Shown here: in pieces, positions 1 to 13,300 of the stretch
How the letters are laid out: each line of letters begins with the position of its first letter
Numbering within the stretch: position 1 is the first letter of the stretch
Assembly: GCF_000181795.1 (NCBI RefSeq)
Contig: NW_003526941.1
Coordinates: 10,284,856-10,348,855 of the forward strand
Source of the DNA: Trichinella spiralis
Taxonomy: Eukaryota
Length of the DNA: 64,000 nt
Direction of reading: 5' to 3'
Translations under genes and position numbers: made by a program
Notes under the pieces: model-generated
What the model was told of the DNA's origin: nothing
Databases searched by the model: none
Seen by the model: the letters and a program-made list of their open reading frames with translations, nothing else

Positions 1-1166
1 GTTAAAATTGTGTGAGTAATTGGGCTATTTTTCTTTTATCAGTTTTAAATTATTTTTGAAATATATTTTATCTCCTTTGAACTTTAATGAAAGTGAAATT
101 TTATTTCATAAATTTTGCTTTTCGAAGGCTGAAATGAAAACATTTTTTTCTGATCTTTCCGTTTATCAATTTAGCGAAATGCAATTGCATTTCGTTGGCG
201 TACGAATTTCAATTTTATGAATTTTGAAGTTTCCTTTCTTTATGTACGACTGACATTATTTAAGGAAGAATTTTAACAATTGAACTTTTTAGTAAATGTA
301 AATCTATCATGATAAGATGCATGCAGCTGTACAGCCGACTTTTTCGACCGTTATACAGTTTGGTTAACTAAATAATATCGCCGATGACCGACTACAAATG
401 CAATTATATGCTACTACTTGCAGGTAAGTTTCTTTTTTTCCTGGCATTTTTTGGCGCGAATTTTTAAAGTACCTGAATGTTTTTACGTTTTTTCTCCTAA
501 GTGGGTCATTTTTGTAAGTTTTTTTTTGAATTTCGATTCAAGATTAAGCAGCTGTTTTTAAATGTGAAATAACATTTCCGTGAGTTTTGGTTTTGCTGAA
601 ATATTTTATACACCAATTTCAGCTTTATTTTTTAAAATATATATATATATACTTCAGAATTCAAACAAATTTGTAAAGTTTATTTATTAGTTCATATCGT
701 GTTGTACAGCTTTGAAAATAAATGAGGCTAATAATTCCATGTCAATTTATCGAAAATAAGTGTGGTATTTATTTTTCTTCGTTCATATTTCAAAACATTT
801 ATCTGGGTTACAGTATGTAGATTCGAATTCAAAATTGCCACGTAGAAGGTACGGTAGAAAGTAAGGTTGTTGTACTCTGAAGGACATGAACGTTTGGAGA
901 ATTGTTTGAAATTTCTCCAACACAACACTTGCAATGGCATATTAGAGATTTAAATGAAATTTACCCGAATTTTCATACTTCAATGGTACAGAAAGTGTTT
1001 TGAATAATTAATTCCAAGTAGCCAGCAAAAATGGGCAACATGCCAATGATTGTATTGTTGATCAGTTTTATTTGGATAAACCTGAAAGCTGTGGAGAGTG
1101 AGTGAGGAAGAATGAAATGAACTTTTAAAAGAATAACAAAGAAAACAGCAACAGCATCAAACACAT

Positions 1167-4093
1167 TCAGACGGTTGTGTTGTGATGGACGTTGTTCATT
1201 TTGCTGGTTTGCCATGGTTTGTTGGTCCGTTTTTGTTGACTGTGAATCACGAATATTAATATTGCGCAGATAATGCTGCAAAACAACGCAGCAATTTGCA
1301 ATATTGCACCACCAGCGGCTAGCCAAAACGAGTAGCCCAATGTTTGCTGAAATGCAGAAAAACATTGTTAATTTCATTATGTCTTTCTGCTCATCTTACA
1401 ACTACAAAACAGAATGTGCATTTTTTGATATGCTTTTTACATTTTAAATATCAAATATTTTTTATCTGCGGTCAAACAGAACTTGAAATCAAAAGCTCCA
1501 TGTTGAAATTGAAACATGATGATAAACAGCTAAACTATTTGATGAGATTCATTGGCAAACTGGATATTTTGCACATATTTTCAAAAGTTTGTGCAAATTG
1601 TGTGAACTTCTGATCTAGAAACGACAATCTGCAAGTGTGATCTGTTTCTATGAAAAATTAATTTATCCACAACTTGACATGCTAATTTTAGCAGACTATG
1701 TGTGGAACTAGAAATCAATTTGACAAAATAGCTATGCTGAGAATTTTATTGAGATTTTTTTTCGGCTTTTGTAATTTACATTATTTCATTTGTCTTCATT
1801 TTTTTCTTCAAAACTAGAATAGCCAAAATATGAATAATATAAATAAACCAAAACAAGCGTAGCTGTTTTGGTAGTACTATCGACAACAGGAGCTGTTGTC
1901 AGTTGACTTCTTGAGGCGGTGATTGCACTGTTTGTCAATGAGAAATGGAAATTTTGTTCTGATGATTTAATGTTGTAAAAGAATTGCAAATTTTGAAGTT
2001 AAACAAAAAGAGGAAGAAAAAGTTGAAAAATGGAAGGCTTTATTAAAAGTATTTTGATATTGAAATAGATATTCGTCGTTGTGGAACTTTTCAATTTAGT
2101 CAGTGCAAAGTTAGACAATTTACTGCTAATTCTTTTGCAAATCATGCATAGCTGATAAAGTTGTTTACGCCTGGAATTGAAAATGCATCACCACTGTTCA
2201 TAAATAATATTATTAAACTGTTTGTTTGTTTGTGTTTGTCACGTGACAGGAAGTGTGGAAAACAACAATTCAAGATTATAACGTCAAATATGATGAAATA
2301 TATATTATGCTGATAAAATTATTCACAAAGTGTATATAAGAAGCTGAACTGTAGAATGGTGGTTATTGGTTTGAAAAATGGCCAGTTATAAAAATGTGAG
2401 CGAGAACATTTTATAGTCGTTGAGTAAGCAAATGTAAACATGTTTGTTCTGAGATGCATTTCCAATTGAAAACAATTTCACAATTGAACTGTATTAAATT
2501 TGATAATATACAACACAGTTGGGGCAATCAAGGCCAAAAATAATATTAACAGTTTTTTATATTCTACTACAATAGAGAGAGATAGAGTTAGATGGTGTTT
2601 GTATGAAACAATTTTTTTTGTTCAAACTTTACCACACTTTGAATTATGCTTAAAATGTTTAAGGTGAATTTAGAATTAATTGTTCCAAAAATTGCTTAAA
2701 AGGTGTTCACCCCAAATATGCTGCATCGGTATGTTTAAAAATAAGGAAAGAAAAAATTCTTTTTCTGTCGTTTACGTTGACACTGAAAACGTAGTTAGTT
2801 GTTCGTGGAATTTCTTTATTTTCATTTGCTCAAACACTGAAAAGTAAGTCTACTTTGAAATTTTTGTGGGTCATGCAAAGATTGCAAACGTGGGCTAGTT
2901 TTTCTTTCAATTTTGTGCCATTCATTTCAAATAGATGTCATTTATATATATATATTGCTCTGCTGAAAGCTTGTTAGGAAAATATTTAAGAAAAAAAAAT
3001 TATAATTTTGAATATCTATTTCATGCATCATTATTGAATAATGACTAAAAAAATAATAATATTGAATTAGTAGCAAGTGTGTGTGTGTGTGTTGAAAATA
3101 TTCTCAGATTTATGATTAATAATATACGTATTGGATAGGTCTGTTTGTTGCTTTGTTGAACAAGTTAGCCAGTTGTCCTTTAGTGGGGTAGAATTTCCTG
3201 GTGATCATCACATCTAGCATTTGGAAGAAAGAATATCAACTTTTAAAAATATAGATATTGTCATGTTGCTTACTGAATCAAATTATAAGAAAACTGATAT
3301 AAGAACATTTCGGGAGGGAAGTTTTGTCGATGATCTCAAATCACTCGCCATTTGATGAGCGGAAAAGGAAAAATCCCTCTAATCTTTCACGTGATTTACG
3401 GAATTATAATAAATATGCGACCAGAAGAGGAGAGAACAACAAAAGACGGCTTACCTCGTAACTTTCGGTCAATTCAATGACAATTCTATTCTCTACTGCC
3501 TGAGACATGCGGAAGAATACAATGATGCCGGCAGCAGTAGTAAAAGCTGAAAATGGAAATAATTTGAAAAGATGAATATATGGATATATGTATATATGAA
3601 TTACCAGCAAAAGTGTTGGTGATTGCCCAGAGAACTGCACTCAGCCGAGGGCAACATATACAATAGGATATGAACAAACCGATCAAAGAGAACAACCCTC
3701 CGCCGCTGAGCAAGGATAAGGTTATAATTTGCCATGCTAAATGAGGAAAGATGAGAGAGAATAAATAATTTTTGGTTGATTTGCATTGATTCATTCATCG
3801 CACTCACTTTTCGGCGCATGGGCACTGCCCTCTTTGCCAGTTTGCTTGGCGTTGAATTTGTAAGAGCACGACCAGCCGCCCGATCCGGCAGCGTGGACAA
3901 TGCCCGATCGTTGGCTTTGGACACAGTCCAACCAAAGGCCATGCTGGTGGAAAGTCTGGGATTCCATGCTGAAATAGACCTCCTGCCAGGCTGGGGTGAG
4001 CAGTGCGGTCAGGATGAGTCCAATGGCGACCAGTTGGAACAACGAACCGATCACTTGAACAGTGATCCGCATAGCATTCAACCAGCTTGCCAT
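1167..4093 (-). CDS. Claudin-like (Clc family) four-transmembrane protein, 4 coding exons
   Basis: Exons 4093-3808, 3736-3605, 3546-3455 and 1346-1167 join in frame through GT-AG introns. Product has TM1, then PAWQ...HQHGLWLDC...WSCSYKF (claudin W-GLW-C-C first-loop signature), three more hydrophobic segments including QTLGYSFWLAAGG, and ends HHNTTV*. The last exon frame is not in the ORF track. Confidence 0.9.
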
Positions 4094-6479
4094 ATTGACG
4101 ACGACACTAATGATTGAACCAATAAAATTACCAGTTGTGATTTTTCTGTTTTGCTTTTCTTATATCTCGGTTGTTGTTGTTGTTGTTGAACGGAAGCAAA
4201 AACAAAACAACAAGGCAGTAAACAAAGCTTATTAGGATGTATACCGAGTTGTATAAGCTGTGAAAATTTGCAAATCACTCGCTTGTTGTTGATCGTTGCA
4301 CAGCTGGTTGAAGTTCAACAAAATGATGCTTATTCAAGTACCCCAAGTGGGGGGAAAAATAAGTTGGCGGGCAGAGATCACTGAGAACAATTTTTGAAAA
4401 TCGTTTCAACAACAGCTGTGAAGCTCGCTGCTTGCTACGATGACGAACAACCGGCCGACTGAGACTGCTGCGACCAGTTTGCGTTTCTCATTTATCACTT
4501 GATTTTTCCAAACTGCTTCTGCTTCAGCTTCTTCGACAACTGCTCCTTCTATCAAACTGCTCGACTAATAACAAACAATATTAAAACTATACTATACTAT
4601 ACTATATTATACTATCTGTATATACGCTCGCATTGGAATATAGTCGACTGCAGATGGGTCGCATTTTTATCATAATAAGTCCGAGTTTGAAAGTCGCCCA
4701 CACTGTACATTTTTCGACCAATCACACGAGGCGATGACTCATTCACGACAAGGAAAAAAAATAAAATCAACAATACTCACCTTGCCAGTGATATGCACCT
4801 TGTCAAAACCGGTTACTGAATCAGCACAACAACAAACAAAATGGAAAATTTTCCCACCGGCGATGAATCATTCACACTGATGAAATTATTGTTTCTTTGT
4901 TTATTTTTTTTATTTAATGCAAAAATATTTTCTCTCCCTCTCTTTCTCCAAAACAACAAACCACCAACTTCACTCGTCATTGATTCATTGTAAATATTTC
5001 GTCATGGATATTTTTTGTTGTTGTTGTTGTTGTTGTACATGGTCGAAAATTTCTAATAATTGACAAGCCAAAAAAAAGAAAACAAATATTCTATTTATTT
5101 ATTTAAATTATATTTTAATATATTGTTTATTTGTTGAAAATTTTTGCTCAATTCAAGGTTACTTCAAGGAAAAAAAGGTTGTTTATTCATTCACAAGTTT
5201 AGTCAAGTTTTCGTTCAAATGTGTTCAACATTCATTTAACAATATTTGTGATAATTTAAATTATTCAAAATTTTACAAATATCAGTTTTGATAACAAAAT
5301 TCATTTTTTGAAATGAAATTATTATACTTCTCGTTTGATTTTTGACAAAATATATAAAAAGTTGTTGTTTGTTTATTTTTGATTCATCATTTTTACAAAT
5401 ATACACAACCAATTTGTTCTTTCTATTCGTCTTTCCATGATAGTTGAAATCAATTTCACTTTTCAACTTTGCCCAATGATCGTTTGATTGATCGTTTGAT
5501 GTCATGAAAATTATTCATTTGCAAAAAGTAAATATTCTAAATCGGGTTGAATAAACAATTTTTCGGTGGAAAATTGTCCAAATTTAAGATACAATTTGCC
5601 AATGATTAATTTTTGCCAACAATTTTCAAATTGCTGCCTAAAATCATTTTGTTTATTTGTTTGTTTGTTTGTTTGTTTATTTTTGTCGACATTTGTGATT
5701 TCACGCAAGACCGACTAAATTCCACTGCGCGAACGTCTTTGTTGTCAATTGATGATAATTATAAATTTCGTTCGTTCGACAAAAAGATTGATTGTTTTTA
5801 TTCGATCATAACAAATGTGAATATTGATTGGAATTCATAAATTTTTGAAAATTTGCTTTGCAAAATTTTTATTTTTTCATTTTGCATATTGACACTTGAA
5901 CACACTTTAATGCATGTGAAATGAAAACTTTTGAAAGGTTGTTTTACGGTATACAGTTAAATTTGAAATTGGCCATCGAATAGGAAAACGTAAAAGATTG
6001 GCGATTCGTTGACCAGTTTTATTGTCCAAACAAACGTCAGTTGTAGTCAAAAATTATACACATACAGCTTATCAAAATGTTGTTGATTAGTGATAATTAT
6101 CCAAATCGGTTCAGTTTTTGTTCAGTCCATTTTAAATCATCTTTCTATGATTTGATAATCTGATCAGAACAGATATTTTTTTCTTGTTCAACAAATTCAC
6201 CAGTTACAGTACATTTAAACTGCCTCGAAAGTTTAAATTCAATTGTTTACGGTGGTTGTTCAACTAACCTAAGCGTTGTTAAATCTACTCTGTGTTTGCC
6301 CGTAAGAAATCGATAATTTTCCGTTGCAGTGTCTTTATTGTCCGCTGCTTTGCATCCTCGCTGAGTTGTCAGAATTAGCTATACAAGGCTTACAGGCATA
6401 TCTATATATACATATTGGCTGGCGTTAAACCAAAGTAAATTCATCAAGCACAATGGCTGTTGTCATAATTGTGTTTATC

Positions 6480-6506
6480 TGTTTGTTTGTTTGTTTGTTT
6501 GTTTGT
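6480..6506. repeat. (TGTT)n tetranucleotide repeat
   Basis: About 6.5 tandem TGTT units; a similar run lies at about 5650-5680. Confidence 0.85.
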
Positions 6507-7618
6507 CGTGGTTGATTTGAAAATTTAAAAACTAATATAATAATTAAAAAAAGAAATGAAAAACACCGTACAAAGTTGTGTTTGAAAAATAAGAATTTTC
6601 AAACTTCAGTTATGGTCAAAATTTTTCTCTTAAACTCTAAAGATTTGACAGGTTACTGCCTTTTTTTTCGCCTTTTACGAATCGACATGCAAATTTTGTC
6701 CGCTTGATGATTTTTTTAAATCAACGCTGACGTCACTGATAATACAGCGAAGATGTTGAAAAGCGATCTCCAGTGGCTTAGAAAATTTGTTGTAAAATTT
6801 ATCTATCGTTCCCTCTTATTGAATCAACGTGATCGAATTTTAATATTTCTTTCTCATTCACAAAAGAAAATAGTATAAATACAAAATTATTATTATTTGC
6901 CCAAATTATAGCATATAAATTTATTTTTCAACAAGTTGCAAATTTCTTACAAGATTTTTAATTTCAAGGGAATTTCACATTAACGAGTTCAATTCAATTT
7001 TTCAAATTGTTGTTGTTGTTATTGTTGTTCACTGAACAGTTAATTAAATTTCAGCTTGTTTGGCGTGATTGAGTTGAATTTTTTTCCACGAAGATTTAAA
7101 TGAATTTGAATTTTTTTTTGAATAATTTATTATTTTTTTTCAAGTTGAAATTTTAAAATGCAAATTTTTCAACGTGATAAAAAGAGAATACGACATTTCA
7201 ACTTTTTCTTCTGTTCTACAGTATGAAAAGGAAAAGAACTTTTTGTCCATTAATGAAATGACCAGCGAATCGATATTGTTGACAAGAATTGATGTTGAAA
7301 TGTTTGTAGACAGTGTTGGGTTTAAAAAAGAAAAAGCCTATTGCGCTTTTTTTATTTCTGATAAAGCCAAAACGCCCACGCTTTGCTATTAGCATTATTA
7401 TTGCCAGTGTTGTAATGGTGCTTACTAGCTGCTGAGCTACTGCTGAGATCGATGGATGAACTTGCGTCATTTCAACAATCAATCGATTACTTCCTTTTGT
7501 CATTGTCGCGTGCTTTTCATTTTACTTCCAATTCTTTGAAAACGCTTCTTCGATTCTCAAGACGTTCACGATTTTGAATTTGTACCTTTTAGGCACCGGT
7601 TGCCAGGCGTTGAACAGC

Positions 7619-9839
7619 ATGTTGCTGCTGTGGTTGACGTGGATTGTTCTGCTCGTCGAACCGGGATTTGGTCTGCATTTCACTTATCACAATTCTGACC
7701 AACTTGAACAAGCTCTGGACAACATCCACTCGAGATGTCCACAAATCAGTCGCGTCTATTCAATAGGCGAAAGTGTCGAAAGTCGACCACTGTCTGTTGT
7801 GGAATTTTCCCTACATCCTGGCAAGCACGAACCACGTAAGCATTTTTTGGACTTGTTTCCAATATGCTCGTTATTGATTTTTTGAAAACCCATGTTAATT
7901 TAGTGACAACGACTGATTAGTGGTTTGGTCAAAATATATATATTTGTTTTTTCATCAACTTGTTGTAAATAAATAATCAGTGAAAATTTCCGTTCATAAT
8001 TTTAGTAAAGCCAGAATTCAAATATGTGGCCAACATGCATGGCAATGAAGCGATCGGACGTGAATTGCTTCTTCATCTTGCCGACTATCTCTGCGAAATG
8101 TACAATCGGAAAGATGCAGAAATTCAAAAATTGATCAACATTACAAGAATTCATCTACTTCCTAGTATGAATCCGGATGGTTTTGAAAAAGCATTAACTT
8201 TTGTAAACGCATATATATATTGTTTATGTATTTACTGTTTTCTATATTCTATTTATTGTAGAAAGGTTTGAACGATTGGGTTATCGGTAGAGAAAATGCA
8301 AATGGTGTAGATTTGAATCGCAATTTTCCCGATTTGGATAGTTTGTTATATCTGTTCGAACGTGAAGGCATTCCGTTGAATTCTCATTTGTTGCAATTCT
8401 TCTCTGACAGTGGTCCGGTAAATAAATAAAATTTTAATCAAAACTAATAATAATAATAAATATTTCCATTTCAATATTGTACAGTTGGAACCGGAAGTTC
8501 GCGCTGTCGGCAGATGGATTTTGCTTATTCCATTCGTATTGTCGGCTAATATGCACGAAGGGGATTTGGTAGCAAATTATCCGTTTGATTTGAGTCGAGA
8601 TGGAACTGAACAACGCTATTCGAAAACTTCAGACGATGATGTTTTCAAGTATTCGAGAAATAAATAAACAATTATGATTTTAATTAAAATTTTTTTTCAG
8701 ACATTTAGCAATGTCTTATTCAACTAAGCACGCCAATATGGCTGATCCAAACCATGAACCGTGTCCATTGGCTGGAGAAGATTTTTCACGCCGTGGCGGC
8801 ATTACAAACGGAGCTCGGTGGTATTCAGTTCGTGGAGGTGAGAAAATTCCAAATAAAAAAATTTTCCAAATAAAAATATTAAAAGCAAGCCTTGTAATTA
8901 TTTTCAAGGAATGCAAGATTTTAATTATTTGGCGTCGAATTGTTTTGAAATTACTCTCGAACTTGGCTGCGATAAAATGCCAGATCCGAGCAAATTGAAG
9001 CAAGCTTGGGAAGATAACAAAAATGCACTGCTTAATTTCATCTGGCAGGCAAGTGATTATTGAATTGACTAATGCAAACATGCAAATGATGATCGAATTA
9101 TCTATTATGAACTTTTCAGGTTCACATCGGTGTTAAAGGCTTAATCAAAGATAAAAAATCAGGAGAGCCAATTGCATTTGCAAATGTTTACGTGGTGAAC
9201 ATTACCAACGCGAACAGTCCCGTATTCATTGAACACAGTGTCAAATCCGGTATGCAGTTTTGTAATTTGTATTATTTTTTATTAATTTTTGTCATTTTTT
9301 TAGCAGTCGATGGTGATTATTGGCGTCTCCTAACGCCAGGAACGTACAATATTACCGTTTTGGCTGAAGGCTATTTGTCCAACACTAAAACTGTAAAAGT
9401 GATCAACGGCAAACATACCGAAGCAGTCAGACTTGACTTTTACTTGACACCTGTGGAATATGGTGAGCAACAACGAATCCAAGATTCTGATCTCCAGTTT
9501 ATTCCTCTCCAAGGGGATACAAATTTTCCGAGTGTAAGAATTCTTTTTTTTTCTGTTATTTGTCTTGTCTTGTCATATGTATGTCTTATATATGTATATA
9601 TTATATTCATCTATATTTGTCTGCTTTTACAACAATTGTCTAGTGTTGTGTTGTGGTCGTGGTGGTTCTTGTCGAAAAATTTTCCCTATCATCATCATCA
9701 TCATCATTCGAATGATGCAAACGTAGCAATTGCTTAATTACTGAACACTTTATAGGAATACTTCACTGGTAATGATCGTTATGTTGTAAGTGACGACTCT
9801 GATGTGGATGATGTAGAGGAAGGATTGAAAATGTATTAA
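7619..9839 (+). CDS. CPE: Carboxypeptidase E-like M14B zinc carboxypeptidase (egl-21-like neuropeptide-processing enzyme), 9 exons
   Basis: Exons 7619-7835, 8006-8202, 8262-8417, 8485-8648, 8701-8837, 8909-9048, 9120-9249, 9304-9533, 9756-9839. Signal peptide; [60 protein letters not shown] and catalytic ITLEL motifs; C-terminal beta domain with [12 protein letters not shown]. Single catalytic domain. Confidence 0.92.
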
Positions 9840-10378
9840 TAATCTTCCTCTTTCTCTTCAATTAAAAAAGTTTTACAGTTTTTTCATCTTTCAAATTGCA
9901 ATTATCGTCTGTGTTGTGTCAATTTTGTTGTCTGTTGTCAACTTTTCGTACAAGTAATGTGACCTAACAGCTAACCGTGCACGGACGGATAAGCCACCAG
10001 CAGCAGTGGATATTATGGTTTATCTTGCTACTTGTGCCGTTTCAAAATTGCATCATGATCACACGAAACTATTTATAACATTTATGCTATTCCTTGAATA
10101 AATGAAACAAATGTTCAACAGCAGCAATTATGATCATTATCATTAATAATACTGTTGTTGTTTATCACGAATCCCAAATCAAGGAGGAGAGAATTTATTT
10201 GCTCACTGTTCACGGCAAGAAAAAGCATAATTTTTTATATTTTCAAATTCAACTTTTATGAGATTTTCCCCTTTTGTTTGCTTGTTTCACAACAGCAGTC
10301 AGGTTGAGGTAGTCAGTCGTTGGTTTTTGTTCTTTGAATACAGATTTGAGCAGAAGAAGAAGAAAAAGAAGAAGCGCC

Positions 10379-13300
10379 TCAAACGGTGGTTCCATCTTTG
10401 GCGGTCACTTGCCGCAGACGTTGGATCAATTGTTCAGCTCGGTCAGGCGTAAGCCAGAGCGACTGGGATTTAGAGACCGCCGACGGCGACGTGTCCGGCG
10501 ATTCATCTCCATAATAATCCACCGTTGTGGGCAGGGCGCTGCCGGCCGATGACATTCTCGACTGCAGCGTTTCGGATGGAATTTCGGAAGAAATTTCGTC
10601 GGCGAACGTGTTGACGCAGTTGTGCTGAAAAGCTTTGCTGCTGGTCCGGCGGCCCTTTATCAACGGTTCCTGTACCCTGTCCACGCTGGATTGTTCGTCC
10701 GGGTCGGTCTGACTGGAGTCGTTCTTCATCTCGTAGGATCGTGAAGTTTCTTCAAAAAAGCACAACCCTATATTGATGGAATTTGTGGATATTTTTACCG
10801 CTTACCCGGACACTGGGATATGCTGTTTTTCACGCCGACGACGAGACGTTCGTTCGACTTCAGTCGTCTCAAATTGTACGGCAGGGCGCTTGTTCTGAAA
10901 TGACCCGGAGAAATTTTTATTCAATTGGACAAATAATGCAAAATGCCAACATACTGCATGGTGAAAATGTGATCACGCATCATGCCGACCGTTCGGTAGC
11001 TGTGCTTGGCGTTGTTGAACGTATTTTTCTGCGGTTGAAATAGAACAATGTACACTTTTGGTGCGAAGAAGCAGCACAACGCTACAGTACCACTGAGGCT
11101 TATGCACATGCACAAACTGGTCGTTTGGATCTGCAATAATTAATTCATTGGGGGTGGTGGTGGAAGAAATGAAATAAATTTCAAAATAATTTAAATGAAA
11201 AATTAACAACAAGTAATAGATAATAAGCTTTGAATGGAAATATTGAGTAGATCTTTTTTTTATCAATTCCATTGAGTTGAGTCGAGAAAGGTTTATGCAA
11301 ATTAACGTCACCAGTTGCGTTGCTTTTGTTTGTTTATCGTTATCGGGAATTTTCTTGCAAAATTAACAAGTAGAATTGATCACCGCTTCTGTGTTTGTCC
11401 ACAAATCCACTTTGCACTCATTTGAAAACGTACCTCATTGCTCACTTATTATTATTATTATTATTGCTGATATTTTTTAAAAAGAAAATTTTTCTCACCT
11501 TAAAATTTTGATTCGTCCCAAAATAAATTGGTATGAAAGCTAACCAGATGATGCACGTTGCATACATGGTGAAACCGATATATTTGGTTTCGTTGAAATT
11601 TTCGGGAATTTTTCTAGTCTTGAACGCGTAAACAGTGCAAAGTATAATTAACAATACATTGTAGATCATCGACAACGGAAACGTCACTGTTGCGCCTTTG
11701 CACGAACGGATGGCGGTCATTCGATCCGGATATAAAATCACCGTATCCGGTGACTCTGCAATCAGCCATATCAAGGCGGTGAAAATGTACACCGTGACGA
11801 TTATCAGACAAATGACAATCTGTGCCATTGGGCTCAAGAAGCGTATACTTTTCATCTGCTGGACGGCGCTGTTGAAGATTCTTGCCAAGCGCAGGGTTTT
11901 CGTAAATATGGAAGCGTAAATTATGCACGAACAAAGCCCAATACCCATACGAAGTATGCCGCAGGTAATTTTGCTCGGTGGGTTCAGCATTGGGTAGGTT
12001 ATTAAATATGAGCAAAAGATGCCGATCAGCATCACGTAGCATAGTTCTCTTCCAGAAGCTTTTATGGCGGGCGTGTTGTTGTACTTGATGAACATGTACA
12101 CGACAAAGCACGTAGCCGCGATTCCGACCGCGCTGAACGTGGCCGGCACCACTGCCCACCAGGTATCCCATTCGATAATCTGCGGTACCATTGGTAAGCA
12201 TTGGTTTTTGAACGAGTTTGGCAAAAATCCCACGTCGCACGGCAAGCAGCTCGTCGAATTCGGCATAATTGAAGTCTGCGTATTGCAAGGCAAGCATGTC
12301 CAACAGCAAGATCCAGTTGGCGTTGTGCGAAATTCATCCTCTTTGCAAGGATCACTGCACGTCGAAGTTGGTATCAATCCACGTGGAAATCCTTCACGCA
12401 ATAACGACAAGTTCAACGTAAGTCTAAATTTGCATTCTTTATTTTATCATTTATTTATTTGGTCGTTGCATTTTTATTCTCTTCATTGGCTGCACTTTTC
12501 AATTATAATTGCAAAAGTAATTTTTCACATACTTTCCTGTCCATTCTCCAACCGGGACGTAGTATTTATATAAACCTTGGAACTGATATATGTTGTACCG
12601 TGCGCGTCGATCTCCTTTACTATCCAATACCAGTTGATCACCTTGTGGACCTAGGAAAAAGATTCAATTATTTCACCGGCAAATCATGTTACAAGAGGTT
12701 TTATTTATTTGTCATTTTAATGAAATACTTTATACCGATAAATGGGAAGTTTCGAATGTAGTGCAAAAGCGTTTTGCCGTCAATTTTTTTCGAAATCTTA
12801 CAATGATGAAACGACACATTGCCACAGGTATTTGAAATCATATTGTGCAATGCATTTGCAAGCAAATAGACTGCCTCAATTACATATGGAACATAGTCCT
12901 CTTGCACGTGTTCTTTGCCAAGTGATCGAGCTGTAAATATAATTCATCTCGTAACTTTTTCAGTTGATTGCTTTTTTTTATTCATAAACGGTTATTCATA
13001 ATTTTTTTCTCTACAAACCTCGGCATGCTTGAGATGTGATCGAACAGTTGAAACGATTTTCCCAAAATTCATGAAACCAAACATTGCGCGTGTAATTGTT
13101 GGGATCCAATGAAATGAAATATCTGTCGAAATCTTCAAAGCAACAACAACAGCAGTGCAATTGTTTGTTTATTTGAAAAATAACACCTTGTATTTGCGCT
13201 CTTACCTTTGACTACGTATGTTTTTTGTTGAATTGTTATTGCACCGAGCACTGATGACGGATTATAGACTAATATAGATCGTTTGGTACCCCAGTTGTCA

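Noticed and set aside
384..429. Short ATG-initiated frame ending in a strong CAG|GTAAGT donor
   Set aside because: Only 13 codons and no downstream exon or homology could be identified.
973..1377. 134-aa minus-strand ORF in the track
   Set aside because: Wrong frame; the real coding sequence here is the last claudin-like exon (1346-1167) in another frame.
11614..12573. Long alternative-frame and antisense ORFs over the mGluR 7TM exon (similar ones overlap NDOR1, H2B and COPG)
   Set aside because: Shadow ORFs expected over GC-richer coding sequence; no recognisable products.
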